In this document: one piece after another, positions 53,750 through 62,968 of the stretch | Layout: every line of letters starts with the position of its first letter | Numbering within the stretch: the first letter of the stretch is position 1 | Assembly: GCA_965206645.1 (NCBI GenBank) | Contig: CBDBKE010000004.1 | Span: 1,920,001 to 1,984,000 of the forward strand | Reading direction: 5' to 3' | Length of the DNA: 64,000 nucleotides | Origin: Terriglobia bacterium | GTDB lineage: Bacteria; Acidobacteriota; Terriglobia; JAJPHL01; JAPKYU01 | Notes under the pieces: model-generated | What the model was told of the DNA's origin: nothing | Database searches by the model: none | The model's input: only the letters and a program-made list of their open reading frames with translations | Program-made: the position numbers and the translations under genes

Positions 53750-54875
53750 ACACGATGGCGTCGTTTATAAACGCAATGACGGCAGGATTCTCTGGATGTC
53801 CTATCGGGACCGTAGCGGTAAGCGGATCCGAGAGTCGACGTTTACCGAGGATTGGGATGAGGCGCAGCGGAAGCTCCGAGAGCGCCTCCAGGCAAGGGAC
53901 GATAGGATCTTGGACATTGTCCGGAAAGGAGAGCATTTTCGATTTGCTGAGTGGGTGGATTTTTTCTTGGAGAATTACTCGCAGCCTCCGATTCGCGCGC
54001 ACCGGACCCACGAAGCTAATCTGCGGTGCAGCGCGCATCTTAAGAAGGCTTTCGAGGACAGGAATTTGGGCGATCTCACAGCCGACGATGTGGAGTTCTA
54101 CTTGCGGCGCCGGCTGCAGGATCGAGTGCCAGTCCGAACTGCCGTAGGTGTCGTTCAGCGCGGGCGGCTCAAGCCCGCAACGGTGCATCAGGAATTGCGG
54201 GTACTGCGCCGAATGCTGAACGTCGCGGTGCGGAAGAAACTGCTTCCGGCAAATCCGTGTCTGGGAGTCGAGTTCCCCGTCAAAGTTAAGGGGCTCTTCC
54301 GGCCGCACTACATGTCCTGGTCCGAACAACAGAGAGTTGAACTTCAAGCGCCCGAGTATCTGCAAAACATTATTCGGATCATCACCGAGACCGGACTCCG
54401 CATATACAAGGAGCTGCTGCCGATGAAAAAGGATCAGGTGGACCTGGACAATGCGGTGGTCTGGATTGCGGATTCAAAGACGCCCGACGGAATCTCGGAG
54501 GTCCCACTGACCAACGTTGCTCTGGAAGCGTTTCGTGGTCAGATTCGAATCTCGGGGCCCGGCCCTTGGCTTTTCCCGAGCCACAATAACCCAAGCACGC
54601 ACCAAAAGACTCTGAAGACAGTCTGGCACGCCGTTTTGCGAAGGGCCAAGGTCCCTTACTTCCGCATCTACGATCTGCGCTCGACGTACGCGACACGGTT
54701 GAGCGCCGGCGGAGTGGCGGACGAGTGGGTTACGCAGCTTCTCCGTCAAGGGGACGCGAAAGTGTTCAAGAAATATTCGCAAATGAAGCTGCAAATGAAG
54801 CCTGAGGCTTTACAAAAGCTGAACCGGATGGCAAACGAGGCCAACCGGAGTTTTGTCACGGAGCGACCAAATTGA
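53733..54875 (+). CDS. Tyrosine recombinase / integrase
   Basis: TGLR, SKT, YDLRSTYATRL, C-terminal KKYS; adjacent to a tRNA fragment. Confidence 0.9.
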   Translation: MARPSKHDGVVYKRNDGRILWMSYRDRSGKRIRESTFTEDWDEAQRKLRERLQARDDRILDIVRKGEHFRFAEWVDFFLENYSQPPIRAHRTHEANLRCSAHLKKAFEDRNLGDLTADDVEFYLRRRLQDRVPVRTAVGVVQRGRLKPATVHQELRVLRRMLNVAVRKKLLPANPCLGVEFPVKVKGLFRPHYMSWSEQQRVELQAPEYLQNIIRIITETGLRIYKELLPMKKDQVDLDNAVVWIADSKTPDGISEVPLTNVALEAFRGQIRISGPGPWLFPSHNNPSTHQKTLKTVWHAVLRRAKVPYFRIYDLRSTYATRLSAGGVADEWVTQLLRQGDAKVFKKYSQMKLQMKPEALQKLNRMANEANRSFVTERPN

Positions 54876-54901
54876 GGGGTTTTGTCACGGTTTTGTCACG
54901 G
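54850..54901 (+). repeat. Three GTTTTGTCACGG direct repeats (putative integrase arm-type sites)
   Basis: Copies at 54850, 54879 and 54890. Confidence 0.75.
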
Positions 54902-54987
54902 TCGAGGGGTATTTGGCCCTCTCTGGGGGCGTTCTGGAGTTTCGCAAAATCAGGAAGTGGTTTAGAATCAATAGAGCGACTTCAGTC

Positions 54988-55027
54988 GGGCGGTTAGCTC
55001 AGTTGGTCAGAGCGCCTGCCTTACAAG
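54988..55027 (+). pseudogene. 5' half of tRNA-Val(TAC); att-site remnant
   Basis: GGGCGGTTAGCTCAGTTGGTCAGAGCGCCTGCCTTACAAG; 3' anticodon stem, T-arm and acceptor absent. Confidence 0.85.
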
Positions 55028-55902
55028 TGGCTACCTCTCCTCTTCTCCTTTCACTCTCTCCCTTCTTTTCCATAGCTTTACACTCATTCAGGGACTCTGC
55101 TTTCGCTCAGCACATAACCCTTTTTGGCTGTTTGACTTGCATTTCTGACACATTTTCGGCACAGCAGGAAGTTCATGAGAGCGACTGCCGTGGACAGATG
55201 CTCTGTTTGAAGATCGCCTCCGAGGGAGATTGCTATTCCCACTCATGGGCCGAGGCGCTCGTCTGCGATTACCAGTTGGCGCATGCCTCAAGCACAAATG
55301 CGTCCTGCCCTCTTCAGCTGGACCGGCACGGCCAGTCCGAAAATATCTGGATACAACCTGCAAACTGAGCGAGATACCAAATTGGGTCGTGCCACATTCG
55401 CACTTCGGAAAATGCCACACGCACTCCTTTGTCAGTGTGGCAATCTGGTTGACCCTCTCCTTGACCTCGGCAACTCTTAAACTCTTCCCGTCCGGCACCG
55501 ACTTTTGGGGCTCCATTCTTGTGGTTCATAGGTCCGAATCCGGCCCGCTCAACCGGCTCGTGATCCAAGTGGCGTAGCTGTCGATCGAGCGGCCCCGGTC
55601 CCGCGTCGCTGTCGGAAGTTCTCGCAGCGCAATCAAGCAATCGCTCGCCCCGTTGACATCCCCATACTCGGTACACACCCCCTGATCTGGCCGAGGATTT
55701 GAAGTAGCAAGTGAAGCTCTTGGCAGCCAACTACAGGGAGATCGCCGCAGCGTTGAGAAGGGTCTGAACACTATCCGGCATATCGTCCAGCGGCAGCAAA
55801 ACGGGCCGAATGTGCGTCAGCGCGCGTTCAAGTGCGGCTGGATTGCTGTTCGAGTCCGAGTGGATCCTTGTTCAAGTGTTAGTGGATTCGTGTTAAAGTG
55901 CG

Positions 55903-56520
55903 ATGGATTCAGCAAACATTATAATAAGTTTCGCCGCCATGATCGATTCTGATATCCGCTCGGCTCTCCATCGCAAGCGCCTCCGGCATCAGAGGTCGCA
56001 TCCCGACACCGTGGTCATCGATGAGCTTGGTCTGGCCCATGCCCGAAGCCGAATCGATGTCGCCGTGATCAATGGATATATCCATGGTTACGAGATCAAG
56101 AGCGCCCAGGACAACCTAGATCGCTTGGGAAGCCAGTTGGAAGTCTACCGACAGACGCTCCAGAAACTGACGCTCGTCACGGCCTCCAGGCACTTGTCTA
56201 GAATTCTGTCTGAAGTACCAGACTGGTGCGGTGTGATCGAAGCTAAGCAGGGACCACGGGGTGGAATACGGTTACATTCTGTCAGGTCTGCCAGGTCAAA
56301 CCCAGATATTGATCCCGTTATGCTGGCACACCTTCTCTGGAGACCGGAAATCCTCGACCTGCTCTCCAGGATTGGATACGCTCCGAAGGAACTGCGTCAC
56401 CCCCGGAAGCGGCTCTACGAGCTGCTATGCGAGGTCATGACGACTCGGGAATTGGCCGCCGCGATCCGCGAGTTCATGGCGCGCCGCCAAGTGTGGCGAG
56501 ATCATCCAGCACATGCGTGA
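55903..56520 (+). CDS. sce7726-family protein (PD-(D/E)xK-like)
   Basis: IDELGL..RIDVAVINGYIHGYEIKSAQDNLDRLGSQ..WCG. Confidence 0.78.
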   Translation: MDSANIIISFAAMIDSDIRSALHRKRLRHQRSHPDTVVIDELGLAHARSRIDVAVINGYIHGYEIKSAQDNLDRLGSQLEVYRQTLQKLTLVTASRHLSRILSEVPDWCGVIEAKQGPRGGIRLHSVRSARSNPDIDPVMLAHLLWRPEILDLLSRIGYAPKELRHPRKRLYELLCEVMTTRELAAAIREFMARRQVWRDHPAHA

Positions 56521-57568
56521 TGTGGTGATTGATCGCCACCTCCTTCCATCGTGTCAGATTGCTAGGGCCTTCCTGCCGTGCGGCGCATTTCGCGATGTAG
56601 TTATCACCGCTTGAATATCCCGGCCCCTTGAAAATGTTCTTGCTGACAAGATCCGCGCAGTAATCATGCATCTGCTTGGGATCGTCCCGAAACGCTCCGC
56701 CCTTGCGCACCGACCAACTACGCGGCGTCGTGTAGACGATCTTAGCTGCTGGCTTGATTATGCGCATGTCGCCCGCCGTGAATTCGGGATGGACGATCGT
56801 GTAGTCGCCGAAATTAGGGCGCCTCATCCCGGAGGGCAGTCTTTCCATCAGGGTCTGATAAAATAGCCAATCATGGCGCGGAATTTCATCGGTACCCTTC
56901 GCAACATCCCTAAACGTCTCGGGCATCGCTGTCCCGATCAAGACCAAATTTCGATACGCCTGCAGAGCGCTTAATTTGAGCAAGGTCACAATCATGGCGT
57001 TGGAGAATGCCCCATACGGCTCGAAATTTGGGGCAGCCAAGTCAACGATCAGATCAGTATTCGGTAGCTTGACACCAAGCGAAGATGCCACAGCTCGCAC
57101 CTGCGCATCCGGATTGGGTTTCATCAGGTCTTCGAGCCGAACTGATATGGCCACTCCAAGACCGTCCCTCTTCACAATGGCCGCGACTGCCCGGACCGTA
57201 TTTCCATCTACGTTGAGGGGGATTGCGGGGACGGCATTCGCATCGAACGCTCGCAATTCTTCAAAAACGTAAGTGAAAATATCTCGACCATCATCCATGG
57301 GCTTCTGGACGATACTCTTGTGCACCCCGACCCATGCCGACCGCTTACCCCACTTCGATTTGTAGCGGGCTGCAAAGGGATGGACGTGCTCCTGGGCGGA
57401 TTTCTTCGGCCGCCATTCCTCGAAATCAAACTCAATTGCTGGAATGGTGATGGACGGCACGATTCGATCCTTGACCGGGTCGGTAAGGCGGAGGAGGGCT
57501 TGGTATTCACCCTGCCGCCACCGAAGGGCGGGCACATACGTGTCGCTAGTCAAGATCATTAACCGCAT
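56474..57568 (-). CDS. Beta family protein (phage P4 beta / sce7725-like)
   Basis: YVPALRWRQGEYQAL, FGDYTIVHP, KIVYTT, YSSGD, WKEVAINHHI. Confidence 0.82.
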   Translation of the reverse strand: MRLMILTSDTYVPALRWRQGEYQALLRLTDPVKDRIVPSITIPAIEFDFEEWRPKKSAQEHVHPFAARYKSKWGKRSAWVGVHKSIVQKPMDDGRDIFTYVFEELRAFDANAVPAIPLNVDGNTVRAVAAIVKRDGLGVAISVRLEDLMKPNPDAQVRAVASSLGVKLPNTDLIVDLAAPNFEPYGAFSNAMIVTLLKLSALQAYRNLVLIGTAMPETFRDVAKGTDEIPRHDWLFYQTLMERLPSGMRRPNFGDYTIVHPEFTAGDMRIIKPAAKIVYTTPRSWSVRKGGAFRDDPKQMHDYCADLVSKNIFKGPGYSSGDNYIAKCAARQEGPSNLTRWKEVAINHHITHVLDDLATLGGAP

Positions 57569-58823
57569 CCTCGAATTGTGTGCGGACCTGATTCTGACCG
57601 ACGAGATCGCTTAGAATTGTGTAGTTCCCACGCTCTTTGCGAATGCGGCCTGCGATGATGTTCGGATGAATGCCGAGATTCTCAGCGTCGATGCGCACCG
57701 CTTCCTCGGAAAGCGCGAAGCGCGACAAGCATCGCTCCCAAAGGCCTTCAGGGATTAGCGCGTTCAGCGCGAATTGATCCGCTTCGGCCTCAATGGTATC
57801 GGTGTCTGATGCGCTCTCCTCATCGAAGAAATCATAGCGCAGCCCGTCTAGCAGATGCAGGAATACGTGACCAAGTTCGTGGAGTAGCACGAACCAGAAA
57901 TTGTCCAAACGGTCATATCGAAGCGTGAGGCCAATAACCGGCCGTTCTGCGTCGCCGAGCATGGCCGCACCATCGAGATATGATCCAGGAAGATCCCGTT
58001 CAATGATGAAAGCGATACCTTTCTCCGCGAGTAGTCGGCTCGCACGCTTCGCGCCATCTTTGAACCTTGTCAGGTTTACCAACTCCGGTAGCCAACGATC
58101 ATCCGGCTCGAACTCGGCAAGCTCGTTATGCGTTGCGAGGTCTCGTGCACGCTCCAGGATGCGCGCCTGCCAAGCCAATAGTGCGTACTCGTTCGGCACG
58201 TTTCCGCTGCGCATCTTCTTTCGATGGTACGCCGTCGCAAATTGCGGACCCGCAGCACGGAGGAAGTATTCTTTGGCTTTCTCTAACTGGTTCGCGTTTC
58301 GCGGTACATCGAACCATTTGCGCTTGATCATCTCCCTGTATGGGAGCTGACCCCAGACGATATTATCTGCATCGCCCCACACGAATACGGAGCTGCCGGC
58401 CTGTTCGGCTCCCTCGAACATTCCAGAGGTCTTGACGCCAAGCGCACGGGAGACTTCGATTAATCTGCCGAGGCTCGCGCCCATGTAGTCGGTTGCTTCG
58501 TATCGCTGTATCTGCTGCGGCCTCATATCGAGCTTCTTAGCGAGATTCGTCTGGTTCATGCCAGCCGCGATCCGAGCCTGCACAAGCACGTGCGGCAGTT
58601 CTTCGAGAGCATAGGTCTTCGAGAAAGAAATCTGTCCGGACTTGAGTAGTTTGTACTCCGAGAGTTCCACCTCGATCTCCGCGATCTGACTCTTGAGCGC
58701 ATTGATTTCGGCCTGCTTCAGCCACAGCTGATCCGCTTCCCGACCCTCCGCAGCCGACAATGCAGTCTTCAGCTTTGCGAGTTCCGTGCTTGATACGCGG
58801 TATTGTTTTGTGCTGTAAATCAT
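57546..58823 (-). CDS. XRE-HTH plus ImmA/IrrE (M78) metallopeptidase
   Basis: ARIAAGMNQTNLAKKLDMRPQQIQRYE HTH; LTLRYDRLDNFWFVLLHELGH; EAEADQFA. Confidence 0.88.
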   Translation of the reverse strand: MIYSTKQYRVSSTELAKLKTALSAAEGREADQLWLKQAEINALKSQIAEIEVELSEYKLLKSGQISFSKTYALEELPHVLVQARIAAGMNQTNLAKKLDMRPQQIQRYEATDYMGASLGRLIEVSRALGVKTSGMFEGAEQAGSSVFVWGDADNIVWGQLPYREMIKRKWFDVPRNANQLEKAKEYFLRAAGPQFATAYHRKKMRSGNVPNEYALLAWQARILERARDLATHNELAEFEPDDRWLPELVNLTRFKDGAKRASRLLAEKGIAFIIERDLPGSYLDGAAMLGDAERPVIGLTLRYDRLDNFWFVLLHELGHVFLHLLDGLRYDFFDEESASDTDTIEAEADQFALNALIPEGLWERCLSRFALSEEAVRIDAENLGIHPNIIAGRIRKERGNYTILSDLVGQNQVRTQFEDAVNDLD

Positions 58824-59299
58824 GGCTGCCCCTTTCGCAAAACAACCGGATCGGCCGAAAGCGAAACAGAAACGATTCCTTTCTTTTTGCCGGTGAAACG
58901 ATCCAATTGCAAAAACTCAACAAATGTCTGGCTCACATCTGCGCACGTCATGGACGATGGGAAAAACTCTCCCTTGAATGCCGCTTTCTGCGCAGCTCGG
59001 CCATTGTTGAAATCAAGAAAAATAGGGTCGAGCTTGCTGTGATCGACCCCGACGGGATCCCAACAGACATCGAAGTCTCTTGGCCGCAGCTTTCCCGTCA
59101 CATAGCTTCCGTCCAGGTAGATTATCAAACACCCAGCTGACCAAAGCCGTCCCGCGGCCTCCACCAAGCCGTTGAACAGATCGCGCCGCCACGTGTTCGT
59201 AGCAAATGTGGTCTCAACCTCATCAAGATCAGCCTGGTGTACACTCGGCGGCAGAACTGCCCAAGGCGATCCTTCCAAAGTGACGAGCCCTGGAAGCAT
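58820..59299 (-). CDS. DUF6932-like nucleotidyltransferase-fold protein
   Basis: LPPSVH, YLDGSYVTGKLRPRDFD (GS..DxD), KKGIV. Confidence 0.72.
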   Translation of the reverse strand: MLPGLVTLEGSPWAVLPPSVHQADLDEVETTFATNTWRRDLFNGLVEAAGRLWSAGCLIIYLDGSYVTGKLRPRDFDVCWDPVGVDHSKLDPIFLDFNNGRAAQKAAFKGEFFPSSMTCADVSQTFVEFLQLDRFTGKKKGIVSVSLSADPVVLRKGQP

Positions 59300-59509
59300 A
59301 TTACAACAATACTATTGTAATGCGGCCTTGTCAAGAGCTATCCCAAGGCCTGTAAAGCCCGCAAGAGGCACCCTGATCTCAGTTCAGAAATCCGGGGCCC
59401 CTCAGAATCTATTCAAGGGACCGACGACTATTCGATTCGCTGCAGAATAGTCTCCGCTGACATGTGGCAGGGGTAACAATCACCCTGTCGGGTCCACGCC
59501 CCGCACCCT

Positions 59510-59695
59510 GTGGAAGAACCTTCACGGAAGAACGTCCAGCAGGCGAAGGCCCATGAGCCGACAAAGCGGCTCCGTGTCGACGTGCCGGTATCAGCCCATC
59601 GGCGCGTCAAGACAGCGTGTAGCGCAACCCGCCGTCAGATGATCGCTGAGCCAGGAGACTGGATCGCAGCCTATATAATTGGAGCTTGCAAATGA
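59510..59695 (+). CDS. ParG-like ribbon-helix-helix protein (possibly degenerate)
   Basis: TKRLRVDVPVSAHRRVKTAC. Confidence 0.45.
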   Translation: MEEPSRKNVQQAKAHEPTKRLRVDVPVSAHRRVKTACSATRRQMIAEPGDWIAAYIIGACK

Positions 59696-59942
59696 GGTCG
59701 GCTGGCGGCAGGTGGGGATGCCCCCGCTGATGCGCGTGTTGCCCTGGCGAGGATTCCTGCTGAAATGAAGCTTGTGGCCCCATACCGTTCACTTTGGCAA
59801 GAATACATCCTGCAATTTCCTTCGCGCTGCGTTCCATTCGCCGGAGGATAGCGGTCCGGTTCCAGGTGCCCCGTTCCGGTTGCGATTCCCCCATCAGACT
59901 TGCCGCCTACGACCGGAGAACGGGTGTGGGGTTGCGCCATTA

Positions 59943-60140
59943 GCCGCTGGCCTTCGCTGGTTCCGCTTTGTTCCGACGCAAGGCTCGCGCCAGAACGGTC
60001 CCCTCGCCTGGCAGGCGTCTGGCACTCGCTCTTGCCCTTGTCGGCCCTGCCCGTCACTGGCTTCGGCGGCGCTGTTCCTCCCGTGTCAGGGTTTGGCCGT
60101 TTCCGCCATTTGCGGGTGAGCGGAAACGCTCACAAACCCT
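59943..60140 (+). promoter_or_regulatory. Nested long inverted repeats upstream of a small gene
   Basis: CCGACGCAAGG/CCTTGTCGG, GCCAGAACG/CGTCTGGC, AGGGTTTG/CAAACCCT, CGTTTCCGC/GCGGAAACG. Confidence 0.5.
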
Positions 60141-60164
60141 TAAACTTTCAGGAGGAAACACATC

Positions 60165-60413
60165 ATGGCTAACCCCAAACCCATCTCTGAAGTCCGCATC
60201 GGTCGCGTCAAGGCTGCGATTTGGCCGAACGGAACCGACGGCCGCACGCGGCACAATGTCACCTTCTCCCGTCTCTACAAGGACGGCGAGGAATGGAAGA
60301 GCACGCAGAGCTTCAGTCGCAACGACCTGTTGCTGCTCGCCAAAGTGGCCGATCAGGCCCACTCGCGTATCTTCGAGCTTCAGCAGGCAGAAGAGCCTCA
60401 GGCAGAATCCTAG
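60165..60413 (+). CDS. Small mobile-element protein, possibly PC4-like ssDNA-binding
   Basis: AGGAGG RBS; VKAAIWPN..VTFSRLYKDGEEWKSTQSF..DLLLL. Confidence 0.7.
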   Translation: MANPKPISEVRIGRVKAAIWPNGTDGRTRHNVTFSRLYKDGEEWKSTQSFSRNDLLLLAKVADQAHSRIFELQQAEEPQAES

Positions 60414-60493
60414 TGCGACGCGCATCAGAGAGCGGCGGGGCTAGTCCCCGCCGCGATCCGATCCTTTCGACAAGGAGAATGAACATGAACTGC

Positions 60494-60949
60494 TGCTGTC
60501 TAAGACTCCTGGTTCGATCGGGCAAGTCTCCGCAGACCGGGCCTACGACACGGGTTCCTGCTACGAGGCCGTGCTCCAGCACGACGCTATCGTGACGATC
60601 TTGCCGCGACGCAATGCACGATGCAGCCGAGACTCTCATCCGCCTCCGTGGCGTGCGATGCGTGATACCCATCTCCGGCGTATTAGGACGCAGGGCCGTT
60701 ATGAGTGGCGGAAGTCGAGTGGCTGCACTCGCCAGAGCGTGGCGGAGAATGCGGTCTCACGGTACAAGGCGATACTCGGGGTAAGCCTCTCGGCCCGCAC
60801 GGTCAAGAACCAAAAAGTCGAAGCCGCGATCAAGTGCGCTGTGCTGAACCGGATGGCGGAGCTTGGAATGCCACGATCGGAGCGCGTGTACTGAGGCGGA
60901 TGAGCTTCTCGGCCCGGTTCGCCGCGAGCGCGAATTACGCAACAACGCC
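60494..60949 (+). mobile_element. IS5 (IS903 group) 3' partial copy
   Basis: Matches the last ~456 bp of 61729-62790, including the IR GCAACAACGCC. Confidence 0.9.
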
Positions 60950-61032
60950 GCTTCGATCCGCTCCCGCACGCCGTCCACTGTGTGGACCGAAAGGAAGTTC
61001 TGGCGCGTCGCTTCTCTTCAGGTAAGCGTGCA

Positions 61033-61350
61033 TCACAAGCCGACAGAACTCCTGAGAATGGAGTCAAGAGGTTGAATATCCGAAACATCTACCGTCGCGC
61101 TCGCCATGGTAAGATCGTAGTTTGTCTGCATATTCATCCAGTAAAGAGGCGTTGTCCTGAACACTTTTGCCAGTCGAAATGCCGTATCCGGTGTCATCGA
61201 CGTCTGGCCCTTTACGATGCGCTCTATGCGCGTACGGGGTACGCCCAATTTCTTTGCCAAGGCACCGGCGCTCATCTCAAGGGGTTTGAGGTACAGTTCG
61301 TCCAGAACCTCACCAGGATGCATCGGAGCAAGAATATCAGTCATTTTCAT
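61033..61350 (-). CDS. higA: HigA family antitoxin
   Basis: HPGEVL..LAKKLGVPRTRIERIVKG..WMNMQ. Confidence 0.9.
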   Translation of the reverse strand: MKMTDILAPMHPGEVLDELYLKPLEMSAGALAKKLGVPRTRIERIVKGQTSMTPDTAFRLAKVFRTTPLYWMNMQTNYDLTMASATVDVSDIQPLDSILRSSVGL

Positions 61351-61356
61351 TGATCC

Positions 61357-61638
61357 TCAGTGGTAGTCCACAACCTCGACTTCATCCGGTCCACTATCGG
61401 TCCAGACAAAACAGATACGCCATCGCCTGTTGACCCGAACCGAATAGCGACCTTTGCGGTCGCCTGATAATTTCTCAAGATGATTGCCTGGCGGAAAGCG
61501 AAGATCCTCCAACTCAACCGCCGCATTCAACGCGACCAGCATGGCACGGGTCCTTCGAAGCAAGTCGGGCTGGAATCCCTTTGGTGATAGACCTCGGGCA
61601 ATCTTTTCGGTCCGCTTACTCTTAAAACCCCGTATCAC
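61357..61638 (-). CDS. higB: HigB (RelE/ParE-family) toxin
   Basis: [36 protein letters not shown]; toxin upstream of antitoxin. Confidence 0.9.
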   Translation of the reverse strand: MIRGFKSKRTEKIARGLSPKGFQPDLLRRTRAMLVALNAAVELEDLRFPPGNHLEKLSGDRKGRYSVRVNRRWRICFVWTDSGPDEVEVVDYH

Positions 61639-61728
61639 GGGATGATATGTATCACGCAATGATACCATCCGTCAACCTGTTTACAGCCGCATGTAAACTC
61701 TAGGTGGCCCGTAACGCCCGTACTGCGT

Positions 61729-62790
61729 GGCGTTGTTGCAGAAATCTGACTCCATCCCCAACGCTCTCCCCCCTGATAGGCTAGGGGAGGGGCAAAAGCG
61801 ACTACACCTTCCGATATAAAGTTCGCAACTGGCCGGAGTACAACCGGGCTCTGGTGAAACGTGGGCAGCTGACACTGTGGTTCGACACGGAGGCAGTCGC
61901 TGCCTGGCGTCATCCAGGACCCTTCGAAGGGCGAGGCCGGCCCAAGGTCTACGCGGATGCGGCGATCCAATGTGCGCTGGTCCTGAATTCGGTGTTTCAC
62001 CTCAACCTACGGACCACTCAAGGGTTCCTTCAATCCATCGTGGCGCTCATGGCGCTCGACCTCCCAGTGCCCAACTACAGCACGGTGAGCCGAAGGCAAA
62101 GCGCCGTCGACGTCCTACTGAGTGTAGGGCCCACGGATCGACCACGACATGTCGTCATCGATTCGACGGGCCTGAAGATCTACGGAGCCGGTGAGTGGCA
62201 CATCAGAAAACACCGAACCCTCCGCCGTAGGACATGGCGAAAGCTCCACCTAGGCGTCGATGAGACGACGAAAGAGATCGTTGCGATGGACCTGACTGCA
62301 AGCAACGTCCACGACGCCCGAAGGCTCTCTTCGTTGCTGTCTAAGACTCCTGGTTCGATCGGGCAAGTCTCCGCAGACCGGGCCTACGACACGGGTTCCT
62401 GCTACGAGGCCGTGCTCCAGCACGACGCTATCGTGACGATCTTGCCGCGACGCAATGCACGATGCAGCCGAGACTCTCATCCGCCTCCGTGGCGTGCGAT
62501 GCGTGATACCCATCTCCGGCGTATTAGGACGCAGGGCCGTTATGAGTGGCGGAAGTCGAGTGGCTGCACTCGCCAGAGCGTGGCGGAGAATGCGGTCTCA
62601 CGGTACAAGGCGATACTCGGGGTAAGCCTCTCGGCCCGCACGGTCAAGAACCAAAAAGTCGAAGCCGCGATCAAGTGCGCTGTGCTGAACCGGATGGCGG
62701 AGCTTGGAATGCCACGATCGGAGCGCGTGTACTGAGGCGGATGAGCTTCTCGGCCCGGTTCGCCGCGAGCGCGAATTACGCAACAACGCC
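61729..62790 (+). mobile_element. IS5-family (IS903 group) element
   Basis: IRs GGCGTTGTTGC / GCAACAACGCC. Confidence 0.9.
61854..62735 (+). CDS. IS5 transposase (true start upstream apparently mutated)
   Basis: IDSTGLK, WRKLHLGVD, ADRAYD; in-frame upstream RYKVRNWPEYNRAL lacks an ATG. Confidence 0.85.
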   Translation: MKRGQLTLWFDTEAVAAWRHPGPFEGRGRPKVYADAAIQCALVLNSVFHLNLRTTQGFLQSIVALMALDLPVPNYSTVSRRQSAVDVLLSVGPTDRPRHVVIDSTGLKIYGAGEWHIRKHRTLRRRTWRKLHLGVDETTKEIVAMDLTASNVHDARRLSSLLSKTPGSIGQVSADRAYDTGSCYEAVLQHDAIVTILPRRNARCSRDSHPPPWRAMRDTHLRRIRTQGRYEWRKSSGCTRQSVAENAVSRYKAILGVSLSARTVKNQKVEAAIKCAVLNRMAELGMPRSERVY

Positions 62791-62879
62791 CCGCCTTGTA
62801 CTTCCTGATCGACATCTCCAGTTTCCTCCTTCGTGAGATTCTCTCTCACTTCAGCTGGTACAAAAGATCGGTCTGGTCA
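62791..62879 (-). mobile_element. Left-end remnant of another IS3 variant
   Basis: Reverse complement TGACCAGACCGATCTTTTGTACCA..GGAGG..ATG (MSIRKYKA). Confidence 0.7.
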
Positions 62880-62968
62880 CGCTGAGCCAGCGGACTCGTT
62901 CTGTGGAGAGGAAAAGCTACGTTCGATGGGATAGATCTAATCTTGGGAAATTCTGATGCACCGCAACT

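Noticed and set aside
54988-55065. Complete tRNA-Val
   Set aside because: No 3' anticodon stem, T-arm or acceptor stem; only the 5' half is present.
55088-55860. ORFs between the att site and the sce7726-like gene as a fifth module gene
   Set aside because: Only short, stop-interrupted frames with no recognisable family; possibly a pseudogene.
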